Assembly (NCBI GenBank): GCA_934095965.1
Contig: CAKOKR010000003.1
Location: 1-52,903, forward strand
Length of the DNA: 52,903 bases
Direction of reading: 5' to 3'
Source: an uncultured Bacilli bacterium
GTDB lineage: Bacteria; Bacillota_I; Bacilli_A; RF39; UBA660
The position numbers and the translations under genes were made by a program. Positions 34,488 to 43,482 of the stretch are shown piece after piece. The notes under the pieces were generated by a model. That model was not told the origin of the DNA and did no database searches. It saw only the letters and a list, made by a program, of their open reading frames with translations. The first letter of the stretch is position 1. The number at the start of each line of letters is the position of its first letter.

Positions 34488-34567
34488 TAAACTTAATCAA
34501 AAAAGCTTTTAGTTATACCTCATCCATGATATAATTAGTACGTTAAAAAAATATTCAGAGGTGTAAA

Positions 34568-36775
34568 ATGGAAAGCAGTAAAAAATATTATAAAGATTTA
34601 AATATAATCCGATTAGTAGCGTGTATCGCAGTACTATTTTATCACCTTGGTCTATTAAAAGGTGGTTATTTAGCTGTATGCACTTTCTTTGTATTAACTG
34701 GTTATTTATCCGTAGTATCATCATTTAATAAGAAACCCTTTTCAATAAAAGAATATTATAAAAATAGATTAATTAAAGTATATATTCCGTTAGTGATTGT
34801 AGTATTCATAACAATCGGAGTAACATCATTTTTTAAAAATGTTTACTGGATAAGCCTTAAAAATGAAACTACATCAGTACTACTGGGATACAACAACTTT
34901 TGGCAGATTAGTGCTAACTTAGATTACTTTGCAAGACATGTTGATTCACCATTTATGCACCTATGGTATATTGGAATTCTTCTACAATTTGAATTAATAT
35001 TCCCATTCCTATTTAAATTACTAAAAAAATCTGGTGAAAAAATAGATAAACTAATGCCTTGTATAATTCCGTTAGTGTTTGCCACTGCAAGCATCATCTA
35101 CTTTTTAATAGCATCTCATTCATCAAATATCATGAATGCATACTATAACACATTTGCAAGGTGTTTCTCGATATTCTTCGGAGTATCACTAGGATTTATT
35201 CATTCATATTATAAACCATTAATACCAGAAAAAATAAAGAAAGGAGGATTATCGAAAGTATTATTCTATATTTATCTTGGAATTTCCCTAATCTTATTTA
35301 TATTTGTAAAATCAACATCAAATCTTTTTACAATAAGCATGATTTTAGTAACTCTTATCTCATGTCGTCTTATAGATTATGGAACCACTAACAAGTCTGA
35401 GTTAAATATTTTTGATAAAATAGTAAAAAGAGTATCAGATATTAGTTATGAAATATATTTAATTCAATATCCGGTAATTTACTTATCACAATATATTAAC
35501 ATTAATCATCACTTGAAAACGCCTTTAATAATTATAGTTACAATAATACTTTCATATATATTAAATATGGCTACAAGAAAAAGAAAAAAAATTAAAGTTA
35601 CTGGTATCATTTTATTAATTGTTATCATCGGAGCATCGACATTTGGAGCTTACAAATACATAACAGTAAAAAATCATCAAAAGGAAATGAAAGAACTCGA
35701 AGCAGAACTCGCAGAAAATGCAAAAATTATGGAAGAAAAACAAAAGGAGTATCAACAAATAAAACAACAAGAAGAAGATGACTGGACAAAAGAATTAGAA
35801 AAGTTAGAATCTGAAGCAAACTATGAAGAACTAACCAAGGCTTTACCAGTAACATTCATCGGTGACTCAGTAATGCTCGGAGCAATGAACAATTTACATG
35901 AAACTTTCCCAAATAGTTATTTTGATTCAAAAGAATCACGTTCAACATACGTAGGTTATCAAATAATCAGTGAATTAAAGGAAAATAACAAACTTGGTGA
36001 CCCAGTGGTTATCCATCTTGGAACAAATGGTGATTGTAGAAACGGTTGCAAAGAAAAAATAATGGACCTTTTAACAGATCGAACAGTTTTCTGGATAAAT
36101 ACAACAAATATGCCAAGTGTTAATGAAAGCCTAAATGAGTTATCAACAAAATATTCTAACCTTCACATCATTGATTGGTACACATTATCACAAGGACAAA
36201 AAGATTGGTTCTATTCAGATGGAATACATCTTCCCCCAAAAGGTAGAAAAGAATATACAAATATTGTTTACAATGCAATATATAATGTATACAAAGATAC
36301 TTTTAAAACTAAAAAGGAAGAATTAATCAAGGAACATAAAGAAGAATTAAAAAATAAAACAACTTTTTATGGGAATGATATCCTCTTTTATAACTTCGAA
36401 GCGATTCAAACAAACTTCAGCGATGCAAAATTTGAAGTTAAGAAAGACTTTAGTTATTTAGATTTAAAAGAATCAATTGAAAAATCTATCAAAGAAGATA
36501 CATTATCTAAAAAAATAGTAATAGCTTTTGATAATTCAACAGTAATATCTACCAAAGAATATCAAGAATTAATTGAACTTTGTAAAGATAGCAAATTATA
36601 TATTGTATCAAGTGGAAAACCTTTAGATAGTTTATCAAAATATGATAATGTTGAAGTAATAAATTTCTATAGTAAAATTCAAAAGAAAAAAGATTATTTA
36701 ATGGCGGATGGAATTCATTTAACAGAAAAAGGTAATGAAGCTTTACTAACATTATTAGATAAAAAATTAAATTAG
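34568..36775 (+). CDS. OatA-like O-acetyltransferase (acyltransferase-3 membrane domain + SGNH domain + extra C-terminal domain)
   Basis: N-terminal LNIIRLVACIAVLFYHLG and about 10 TM segments. Coiled-coil linker. SGNH block FIGDSVMLGA ... YSDGIHLPPKG. A second partial copy ends in MADGIHLTEKG. Confidence 0.8.
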   Translation: MESSKKYYKDLNIIRLVACIAVLFYHLGLLKGGYLAVCTFFVLTGYLSVVSSFNKKPFSIKEYYKNRLIKVYIPLVIVVFITIGVTSFFKNVYWISLKNETTSVLLGYNNFWQISANLDYFARHVDSPFMHLWYIGILLQFELIFPFLFKLLKKSGEKIDKLMPCIIPLVFATASIIYFLIASHSSNIMNAYYNTFARCFSIFFGVSLGFIHSYYKPLIPEKIKKGGLSKVLFYIYLGISLILFIFVKSTSNLFTISMILVTLISCRLIDYGTTNKSELNIFDKIVKRVSDISYEIYLIQYPVIYLSQYININHHLKTPLIIIVTIILSYILNMATRKRKKIKVTGIILLIVIIGASTFGAYKYITVKNHQKEMKELEAELAENAKIMEEKQKEYQQIKQQEEDDWTKELEKLESEANYEELTKALPVTFIGDSVMLGAMNNLHETFPNSYFDSKESRSTYVGYQIISELKENNKLGDPVVIHLGTNGDCRNGCKEKIMDLLTDRTVFWINTTNMPSVNESLNELSTKYSNLHIIDWYTLSQGQKDWFYSDGIHLPPKGRKEYTNIVYNAIYNVYKDTFKTKKEELIKEHKEELKNKTTFYGNDILFYNFEAIQTNFSDAKFEVKKDFSYLDLKESIEKSIKEDTLSKKIVIAFDNSTVISTKEYQELIELCKDSKLYIVSSGKPLDSLSKYDNVEVINFYSKIQKKKDYLMADGIHLTEKGNEALLTLLDKKLN

Positions 36776-36800
36776 ACTTATTAATAAATAGGTCTTTTTT
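36774..36800 (+). terminator. Rho-independent terminator after the OatA-like gene
   Basis: AGACTTATT-AATA-AATAGGTCT followed by TTTTT. Confidence 0.7.
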
Positions 36801-36826
36801 ATTAAATAAATTTTCAAACAAATGTA

Positions 36827-36855
36827 TTGACAATATTTCAAACATATGTTATGAT
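36827..36855 (+). promoter_or_regulatory. Sigma-A-type promoter of the ABC-F gene
   Basis: TTGACA, 17 nt spacer, TGtTATGAT. 22 of 29 positions are identical to the promoter at 28445. Confidence 0.6.
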
Positions 36856-36931
36856 AAAAACACTTTTAAAAAATTACTTGTTAAACAGGTTGATATATAT
36901 TATAATAAACAAAAAGGAAGGAGGGTTATTC

Positions 36932-38557
36932 ATGAAAATAGATAATTTGTGCATGTCTTTTGGAACTCAAGTTATTTTTGATAATGCTTCATTCCAAGTT
37001 AATAACAATGATAAAGTGGGTATAATCGGAGTAAATGGTGCAGGTAAATCAACATTATTAAATATATTATTAGGTAATTTAACTCCGGATAGTGGAACTA
37101 TTAAATTAGATACCAAAATAAAAATTGGATACTTGCCTCAAGTTATAATGGATGATGTAGAAAACAAAGATGAAACTGTATTTGATTATCTTCTTGAAGG
37201 AAGACCAATAAAAAATTTAAAAAAAGAACTCGAAGATTTATACCAAACTATTTCAACAATAGATAATGATTATGAATTAAAAAAATATTATAAAAAAATT
37301 AATAAAGTAAGTGAATTACTAGAATACTATGATGAATATAATGCAGAATCAATACTCCTTAAAATAATAAGTGGGATGAATATAAATGATGAATTACTAG
37401 ATTTAAAATTAAACGATATATCCGGTGGTCAAAAATCAAAAATTGCATTTGCAAGATTATTATATAGTAACCCAGAAATACTTTTACTAGATGAACCAAC
37501 CAATCACTTAGATTTAGATACAAAAGATTATATAATTGATTACTTAAAAAAATATCATGGAATTATTCTAGTTATTTCCCATGACACAGAATTCTTAAAT
37601 GAAGTTACTAACAAAACTTTATATGTTGATAAAATAAAACATGACATTACAATTTATAATGGTAACTATGAAAAGTATCAAAAGATAAAACAAGAAAGAG
37701 ACTTAGCAAAGAAAAGATTATATGATCGTCAAATTAAAGAAGAAGAAAAATTAAAAAACATTATTGCAAAATACATTGGTGGCAATGAAAAGAAAGCAAA
37801 TATTGCAAAAGATAGAATTAAAAAATTAGAAAGATTACAAAAAGAAAAAGTAACACTTGAAAAAAATAATAAATATACAAGATTTAATATTCAAATAAAT
37901 AGACCAAGTTATAGCATTCCAATAAAATGTAATAATCTTACATTTGGTTATGATGAAGATAATTTATTATACCAAAATTTAAACTTTGATTTATCACGCG
38001 GAGAAAAACTACTAGTTGTAGGTGAAAATGGTATTGGTAAGACAACACTTTTAAGATTAATAATGGGATACTTAAAACCAATCGAAGGTAGTATTGAAAT
38101 AACAGATAAAACTGATATAGCATATTATGCACAAGAACATGAAATATTAGATACAAATAAAACAATTCTTAATAACTTTAGAAATTTTGGATTAGCAGAT
38201 TATGAAATACGAAGAGTGCTTGGTAGTTTCTTATTTTCTGGAGATGATATTTACAAAAATATAGAAGTTTTATCACCAGGTGAACGAAGTCGTGTTGCAT
38301 TAGCAAAAATATCTTTAAGTGGTGCTAATACTTTATTACTAGATGAACCAACTAATCATTTAGACCCAATGACCCAATCAATAATTGCTGATACTTTTAA
38401 AAATTACAAAGGAACTATGTTAGTAGTTTCACACAATCTAGATTTTGTAGATAATCTTGGAATAAATAGAATGTTACTTTTACCAAGTGGAAGAATTACA
38501 TATTATGATAGAGACATAGTTATGCATTATGAATTAGATGATGAAGAAATTTTATAA
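36932..38557 (+). CDS. ABC-F family ATPase (two ABC domains, no TM domain)
   Basis: Walker A GVNGAGKST and GENGIGKTT. Signatures ISGGQKSKIA and LSPGERSRVA. K/E-rich interdomain linker. ATG 36932 follows a GGAAGGAGGG RBS. Confidence 0.85.
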   Translation: MKIDNLCMSFGTQVIFDNASFQVNNNDKVGIIGVNGAGKSTLLNILLGNLTPDSGTIKLDTKIKIGYLPQVIMDDVENKDETVFDYLLEGRPIKNLKKELEDLYQTISTIDNDYELKKYYKKINKVSELLEYYDEYNAESILLKIISGMNINDELLDLKLNDISGGQKSKIAFARLLYSNPEILLLDEPTNHLDLDTKDYIIDYLKKYHGIILVISHDTEFLNEVTNKTLYVDKIKHDITIYNGNYEKYQKIKQERDLAKKRLYDRQIKEEEKLKNIIAKYIGGNEKKANIAKDRIKKLERLQKEKVTLEKNNKYTRFNIQINRPSYSIPIKCNNLTFGYDEDNLLYQNLNFDLSRGEKLLVVGENGIGKTTLLRLIMGYLKPIEGSIEITDKTDIAYYAQEHEILDTNKTILNNFRNFGLADYEIRRVLGSFLFSGDDIYKNIEVLSPGERSRVALAKISLSGANTLLLDEPTNHLDPMTQSIIADTFKNYKGTMLVVSHNLDFVDNLGINRMLLLPSGRITYYDRDIVMHYELDDEEIL

Positions 38558-38612
38558 AACTATTTAAATAAATTAAACTTTATGTTATTATTAATATAAG
38601 GAGATGATGTTT

Positions 38613-39701
38613 GTGAAAAAGAAAGAAACAATTTTAAAAATAAGTGCCTTTATAGTACTTATCATCGGAGTAATTGCAGTAGCAGTAAAAAAAGAAAACA
38701 ACAAACCTATTAAAGAGACAAAAGGTGTAACAGTCATACCAACAATGTATGATGAAATAACTAAAGACACAGCATGGAGTCCAACATTCCAACTAGTTTG
38801 GAATGACTTAAAAAATGAAGTTGTAGAACAAGATATAGTATTTAAAAATAAAAACAAAGCGGTAGAAAATCTTAATAAAGAATACTTTACTAAAGACATG
38901 ATATCAGATGAATATTATTATAAAAATTATGGACTTAAAACGTTAAAACTAAAAGAAGAAATTGAAAAAGGTATCAAAGAAAAATTTAATCAAGAAAGTG
39001 ATATCTTAAATGATTTTAGTTGGAATGAAGAAGATTTAAATAATTTTGAATCAAACACAAAAAGATATTTCTTTTACTCAATGTTATACCGTGAGTTTGA
39101 ATATGAATATAAATTTAAAGAACTAGATAATGGACCATTTAATGATAAAGAAAATATTAGATACTTTGGCATAACAAATAAATCAAATAAAAAAGTAAGA
39201 TCACAAATCAGTGTGTTATTTTATAACAACTCAGATGAATTTGCAATATCAGTTAAGACTAAAAATAATGATGAAGTAATTTTTTATAAAAATCCAAACG
39301 GAGATACATTTGCAACAATTTATGAAAATTTATTAAAAAATAAAGAAGAATACACAGGAAGCAGAAATATGTCAGATGAAGATACATTCAAAGCACCATA
39401 TATTGATTTTAAAGTAAAGCAAGAATACAAAGATTTAGAAAATAAAACATTTTTAGCAAAAGATGGTGATGAATGTGAAATATATCAAGCACTTCAAAGT
39501 ATTGAATTTAGATTAGATGAAACTGGTGGTAAAGTAAAAAGTGAAGCAGCAATGGATATGACAAAAACAGTGAGTTATGGACCAAACGATATAAGATATT
39601 TTAATGTTGATAATACATTTGCATTATTTATTAAAGAAGAAAATAAAGATGTACCATACTTTGCCTTAAAGGTTGATGATATAACAAAATATCAACAATA
39701 G
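38613..39701 (+). CDS. Serpin-like protein, membrane anchored (tentative)
   Basis: The C-terminal LDETGGKVKSEAAMDMTKT ... FNVDNTFALFIKEENKDVPYFALKVDDI resembles the serpin hinge/RCL and the C-terminal F-x-x-D-x-P-F-L-F motif. N-terminal TM segment. GTG 38613 lies 10 nt after an AAGGAG RBS. Confidence 0.45.
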   Translation: MKKKETILKISAFIVLIIGVIAVAVKKENNKPIKETKGVTVIPTMYDEITKDTAWSPTFQLVWNDLKNEVVEQDIVFKNKNKAVENLNKEYFTKDMISDEYYYKNYGLKTLKLKEEIEKGIKEKFNQESDILNDFSWNEEDLNNFESNTKRYFFYSMLYREFEYEYKFKELDNGPFNDKENIRYFGITNKSNKKVRSQISVLFYNNSDEFAISVKTKNNDEVIFYKNPNGDTFATIYENLLKNKEEYTGSRNMSDEDTFKAPYIDFKVKQEYKDLENKTFLAKDGDECEIYQALQSIEFRLDETGGKVKSEAAMDMTKTVSYGPNDIRYFNVDNTFALFIKEENKDVPYFALKVDDITKYQQ

Positions 39702-39754
39702 TAATTTAAAAATAAAATCTATTATGATATAATTTATATAAGGAGATGAATAAA

Positions 39755-41017
39755 ATGAAAATACCTTTTAAAAGAGGAAATATACTACTTCCTAAAAATA
39801 CAGATATGACAAAATGGAGTGTAGTAGCTTGTGATCAATATACAAGTGAACCAGAATATTGGGCTGATGTTGAAAAAATCGTCGGAGATAATCCTTCAAC
39901 ACTAAAATTAACATTACCAGAAATATATCTTGAAGAAGAAAATGTTCAAGAAAGAATTAATAATATTAATGAAAATATGAAAACATTAATGGATGGAGAT
40001 TTCTTTAAAGAATATAAAGATAGCATGATATATTTACGAAGAACTCAAAAAGATGGGAAAGTTCGTGAAGGTTTAATGGGAATCGTTGACCTTGAAGGTT
40101 ACAATTATGAAGTTGGCAGCCAAACCCCAATCAGAGCAACTGAAAAAACAGTTATTGAAAGAATTCCACCACGTGTTAAAATCAGAGAAAATGCAACATT
40201 AGAACTTCCACATATTATGATTTTAATTGATGATGATAAAAAAGATATTATTGAATCACTAAAAACAAAAGTAAATGAAAATGATGTTGTTTATGATTTT
40301 GATTTAATGAAAGAAGGGGGACACATCAAAGGATATTCACTTAATAATGATGCAATGGATGAAATTGATAAAAAGTTAGAACTTTTAGCAGATAAAGAAA
40401 CATTTGAGAATAAATATAATGTGAAAGACAAAGGTGTTTTACTATTTGCAATGGGAGATGGAAATCATTCACTAGCAACAGCCAAGGCTTGTTATGAAAA
40501 CTTAAAGAAAACAATGAGTGAAGAAGAATACTTAAATAACCCAGCTCGTTATGCTTTAGTGGAACTTGTAAATCTTCATAGTGATGCTTTAGAATTCGAA
40601 GCTATCAACAGAGTTGTATTTGATACAAATCCAGAAAATTTAATAAAAAAATTAAAAGAATATTATATTATTAACAAAGAAGGAAACGGCGAAAAATTTG
40701 AAATAATAACAAAAGATAAAGATGAAATTTGGTATATTGAAAATCCAAAATCAAATATTTCTGTTGGTTCAATTCAAATATTCCTAGATGAATACCTAAA
40801 AGAAAATGCTGGAAAAATAGATTATATTCATGGTGAAGAAGTAACTAAAGAATTAACTCGTAAAAATGATAAGAATGTAGGTTTTATATTTGATGCAATG
40901 CCAAAGAGTGAATTATTTAAAACAGTTATTTTAGATGGTTCACTTCCAAGAAAAACTTTCTCAATGGGTCATTCATATGACAAGAGATATTATCTTGAAG
41001 CAAGAAGGATAAAATAA
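39755..41017 (+). CDS. DUF1015-like conserved hypothetical protein (tentative)
   Basis: MKIPFKRGNILLP ... VVACDQYTSEPEYW N-terminus recalled from DUF1015-type proteins. About 420 aa. Confidence 0.5.
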   Translation: MKIPFKRGNILLPKNTDMTKWSVVACDQYTSEPEYWADVEKIVGDNPSTLKLTLPEIYLEEENVQERINNINENMKTLMDGDFFKEYKDSMIYLRRTQKDGKVREGLMGIVDLEGYNYEVGSQTPIRATEKTVIERIPPRVKIRENATLELPHIMILIDDDKKDIIESLKTKVNENDVVYDFDLMKEGGHIKGYSLNNDAMDEIDKKLELLADKETFENKYNVKDKGVLLFAMGDGNHSLATAKACYENLKKTMSEEEYLNNPARYALVELVNLHSDALEFEAINRVVFDTNPENLIKKLKEYYIINKEGNGEKFEIITKDKDEIWYIENPKSNISVGSIQIFLDEYLKENAGKIDYIHGEEVTKELTRKNDKNVGFIFDAMPKSELFKTVILDGSLPRKTFSMGHSYDKRYYLEARRIK

Positions 41018-41026
41018 TTACTAAAG

Positions 41027-41053
41027 ATGTAGATTAGTTTCTACATTTTTTTT
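41027..41053 (+). terminator. Rho-independent terminator
   Basis: ATGTAGA-TTAGTT-TCTACAT followed by a T7 run. Confidence 0.75.
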
Positions 41054-41158
41054 AATATTTACATTTAAATTTCACAAAATATTGTTAGAATCCCTCATAT
41101 AGAAAGTGATTATATGTAAATTTAATTACATAATAAAAAACATAAATATTTCAAGGAG

Positions 41159-41543
41159 ATGAAAAAAATTAAAAGAAAAAACAAAAATATTATAATGGTA
41201 ATTCTTATTGTATTAACTATTTTATCTATAGGATTTATAATGTATTATGCTAAAAATAATGTTGAAACTAATAATAATCAAATGGTGGAACCGGGTAATA
41301 TGAATAGTGATAACACAAATTCACCGGATAAATCTGATGATGACATCAAACTCATATTTCGAAGGCTCAATCAATAGTGAAAATATTGCAAAAAGTATAA
41401 TTTTGAAATTAAATAAATCATCAAAAATTAAACTAACCAAGGATACAATTGTTACCTCATTAGTTGATGAAGATACAACATACTCAAATATAGATTTAAA
41501 TAGCTATAAGTTGTATGTAAATAATGTTGAATTAACAAAATAA
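41159..41543 (+). pseudogene. Small secreted/anchored protein gene apparently split by a frameshift
   Basis: ORF 41159-41377 encodes a signal anchor plus an N/S/D-rich linker. ORF 41307-41543 is in the +1 frame, has no RBS, and continues as ...SYFEGSINSENIAK.... The two overlap by about 70 nt. Confidence 0.35.
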
Positions 41544-41628
41544 ATGTAAAGTGAAGTCGATTGAATGTAAATCACTTTACTTTTTTTTTATATTGTGATA
41601 AAATCGAATTATAGAAGGAGTTGATAAC

Positions 41629-43365
41629 ATGAAAAATATTAAAAAAATTCTTATACTTTTTGTAGTATCACTAATGATGATTACTAACGTAAAAGCTGCA
41701 GAAACATTACAAGGAAAAATAGACAACAATGAACAAAATATAATCTTAGATAAAAATTATGAAGAAACAATCAAGATTAATGAAAATCAAAACGTAATGA
41801 TTGACTTAAATGGTTACACATTAACATCACCACAAATCGAAGATTTAGGAACATTAACCATTAAATCTTCAAAAGATGGCGGTAAAATAATTATAACGGA
41901 TTCTATTTATGTAGGAGATTATGTTAAAGATAAAAATGATAAGATAACAAGAACAATTAAAGCTAAATTTATTTTAGAAAGCGGAAAAATTGAAACTGGT
42001 GATTACGGTGTATATTGTATGTCTGGAAGTACTGCAATAATTAATGGAGGAGAAATTGTATCAAAACTAGCTCCATTAACAGGAAATAATACAACAGGTG
42101 CAATGAATTTTGAGATAACTGGAGGAACATTAACTGCAAAATATGGACCAGCAATTTATATGCCAGGACCTATATCATTAAAAATTTCCGGAGGAACATT
42201 TAATGGTGGAGTTTCACTAAGAATGGGAAAAGTTAACATTTCCGGAGGAACATTTAATGCCATTTCTTCAGATATTGATGATGTAAAAGAATTCTATAAT
42301 TATAGTGGTAATGCTTGGTTACAAGATGCCTTATATGTATTCGGAGGAACTTACACAACAGATATTGAAGGAGAAACAAATATCTTAGATCTTAACATAA
42401 CTGGAGGAACATTTATTAACACAAACAATCAAGGTAGTGCAATTGCAATTTATGACTTAGGAAAAGTTGCTCAAGAAATGAAAGTAAATATTTCTGGCAA
42501 TACAAAACTAATAACAAATGCAACAAGCCGTAATGCTTTCGATGTTTTAACATTAACTGATGAAGGTGTTACAAATATAAAAGAAGGATATAATAATCCA
42601 AAATACATTGGTAAAGTAAAAACTACCATAACTGGAGGAACATATTCAAGTAGTGTTGCAAAATACTTAGACAAAGATTATACAGAAACTTTAGTAAATA
42701 ACACATATGTTGTTGGCAGTAAAAAACTAAGTGTTGAAGCTCCGACAATTGATGAAACTAAAAAAGTAACTGAAGTAATTATCGGAGTTAAATCTGCAGA
42801 TGATTACATTGAAGATTTAGCAAAAGCTATCAAAGATGGAAAAATTGAAATTGATGGAATAAGCCCAATGGTTATTGTAACAATTAACAAAATGGAAAAA
42901 AATCAATTATCTATAGATATATCTGAATCTATTTCTAAAATAGCACAAGATAAAAAATTAAATTTAACAAATTACTTTGATATAACTCTAAATGTAGAAA
43001 ATTCTGCAACTAATGAAATTGTTGGAACACTTTCAAGTTTATCAAAAGAAATAGTATTTAATATTGCTATTCCAGATGAATTATTAAATACAAATAAGGA
43101 TTATAAGAGAGTATATTATATTATTAGATATCATGATAATAAAGCAGAAATCATTGAAACAATACTAAATGGTAATGTTTTATCATTTGCTAGTGATAGA
43201 TTCTCAACATATGCCCTTGCATATGAAGATAAAAAAATCGTAACTGAAGAAAATCCAAAAACAGCAGATGATGTTGTAATTGATATCATAGTTGGCGGAA
43301 TATCAGTTCTAGGTTTATGTTTATCAATGAAATCACTTAAAAAAAGACATGATTTATTAAGCTAG
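41629..43365 (+). CDS. Cell-surface protein with beta-helix-like GGT repeats and a sortase-type C-terminal sorting signal
   Basis: Signal peptide ending in VKA-AE. Six or more I(T/S)GGT(F/L/Y) repeats. C-terminal NPKTA, then a hydrophobic segment, then a KSLKKRH tail. Confidence 0.65.
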   Translation: MKNIKKILILFVVSLMMITNVKAAETLQGKIDNNEQNIILDKNYEETIKINENQNVMIDLNGYTLTSPQIEDLGTLTIKSSKDGGKIIITDSIYVGDYVKDKNDKITRTIKAKFILESGKIETGDYGVYCMSGSTAIINGGEIVSKLAPLTGNNTTGAMNFEITGGTLTAKYGPAIYMPGPISLKISGGTFNGGVSLRMGKVNISGGTFNAISSDIDDVKEFYNYSGNAWLQDALYVFGGTYTTDIEGETNILDLNITGGTFINTNNQGSAIAIYDLGKVAQEMKVNISGNTKLITNATSRNAFDVLTLTDEGVTNIKEGYNNPKYIGKVKTTITGGTYSSSVAKYLDKDYTETLVNNTYVVGSKKLSVEAPTIDETKKVTEVIIGVKSADDYIEDLAKAIKDGKIEIDGISPMVIVTINKMEKNQLSIDISESISKIAQDKKLNLTNYFDITLNVENSATNEIVGTLSSLSKEIVFNIAIPDELLNTNKDYKRVYYIIRYHDNKAEIIETILNGNVLSFASDRFSTYALAYEDKKIVTEENPKTADDVVIDIIVGGISVLGLCLSMKSLKKRHDLLS

Positions 43366-43386
43366 GTCGAATATCCTAGCTTTTTC
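43361..43386 (+). terminator. Rho-independent terminator
   Basis: GCTAGG-TCGAATAT-CCTAGC followed by TTTTT. Confidence 0.7.
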
Positions 43387-43398
43387 TTTTAAAAACAC

Positions 43399-43427
43399 TT
43401 GATTAACAAACGTATATATATTATAAT
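43399..43427 (+). promoter_or_regulatory. Sigma-A-type promoter of prfB
   Basis: TTGATT, 17 nt spacer, TATAAT. Confidence 0.6.
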
Positions 43428-43482
43428 TTATTTACTGGCAAAAAAAGTGAGTGTTTTTGATTTTCCAAGAAAGGAAGAAACT

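Noticed and set aside
34322-34534. Plus-strand 70 aa ORF overlapping the 3' end of 34017-34487. Also the internal ORF 36135-36326 inside the OatA-like gene.
   Set aside because: These are alternative frames of longer, better-supported ORFs. They are basic and low-complexity, with no RBS.
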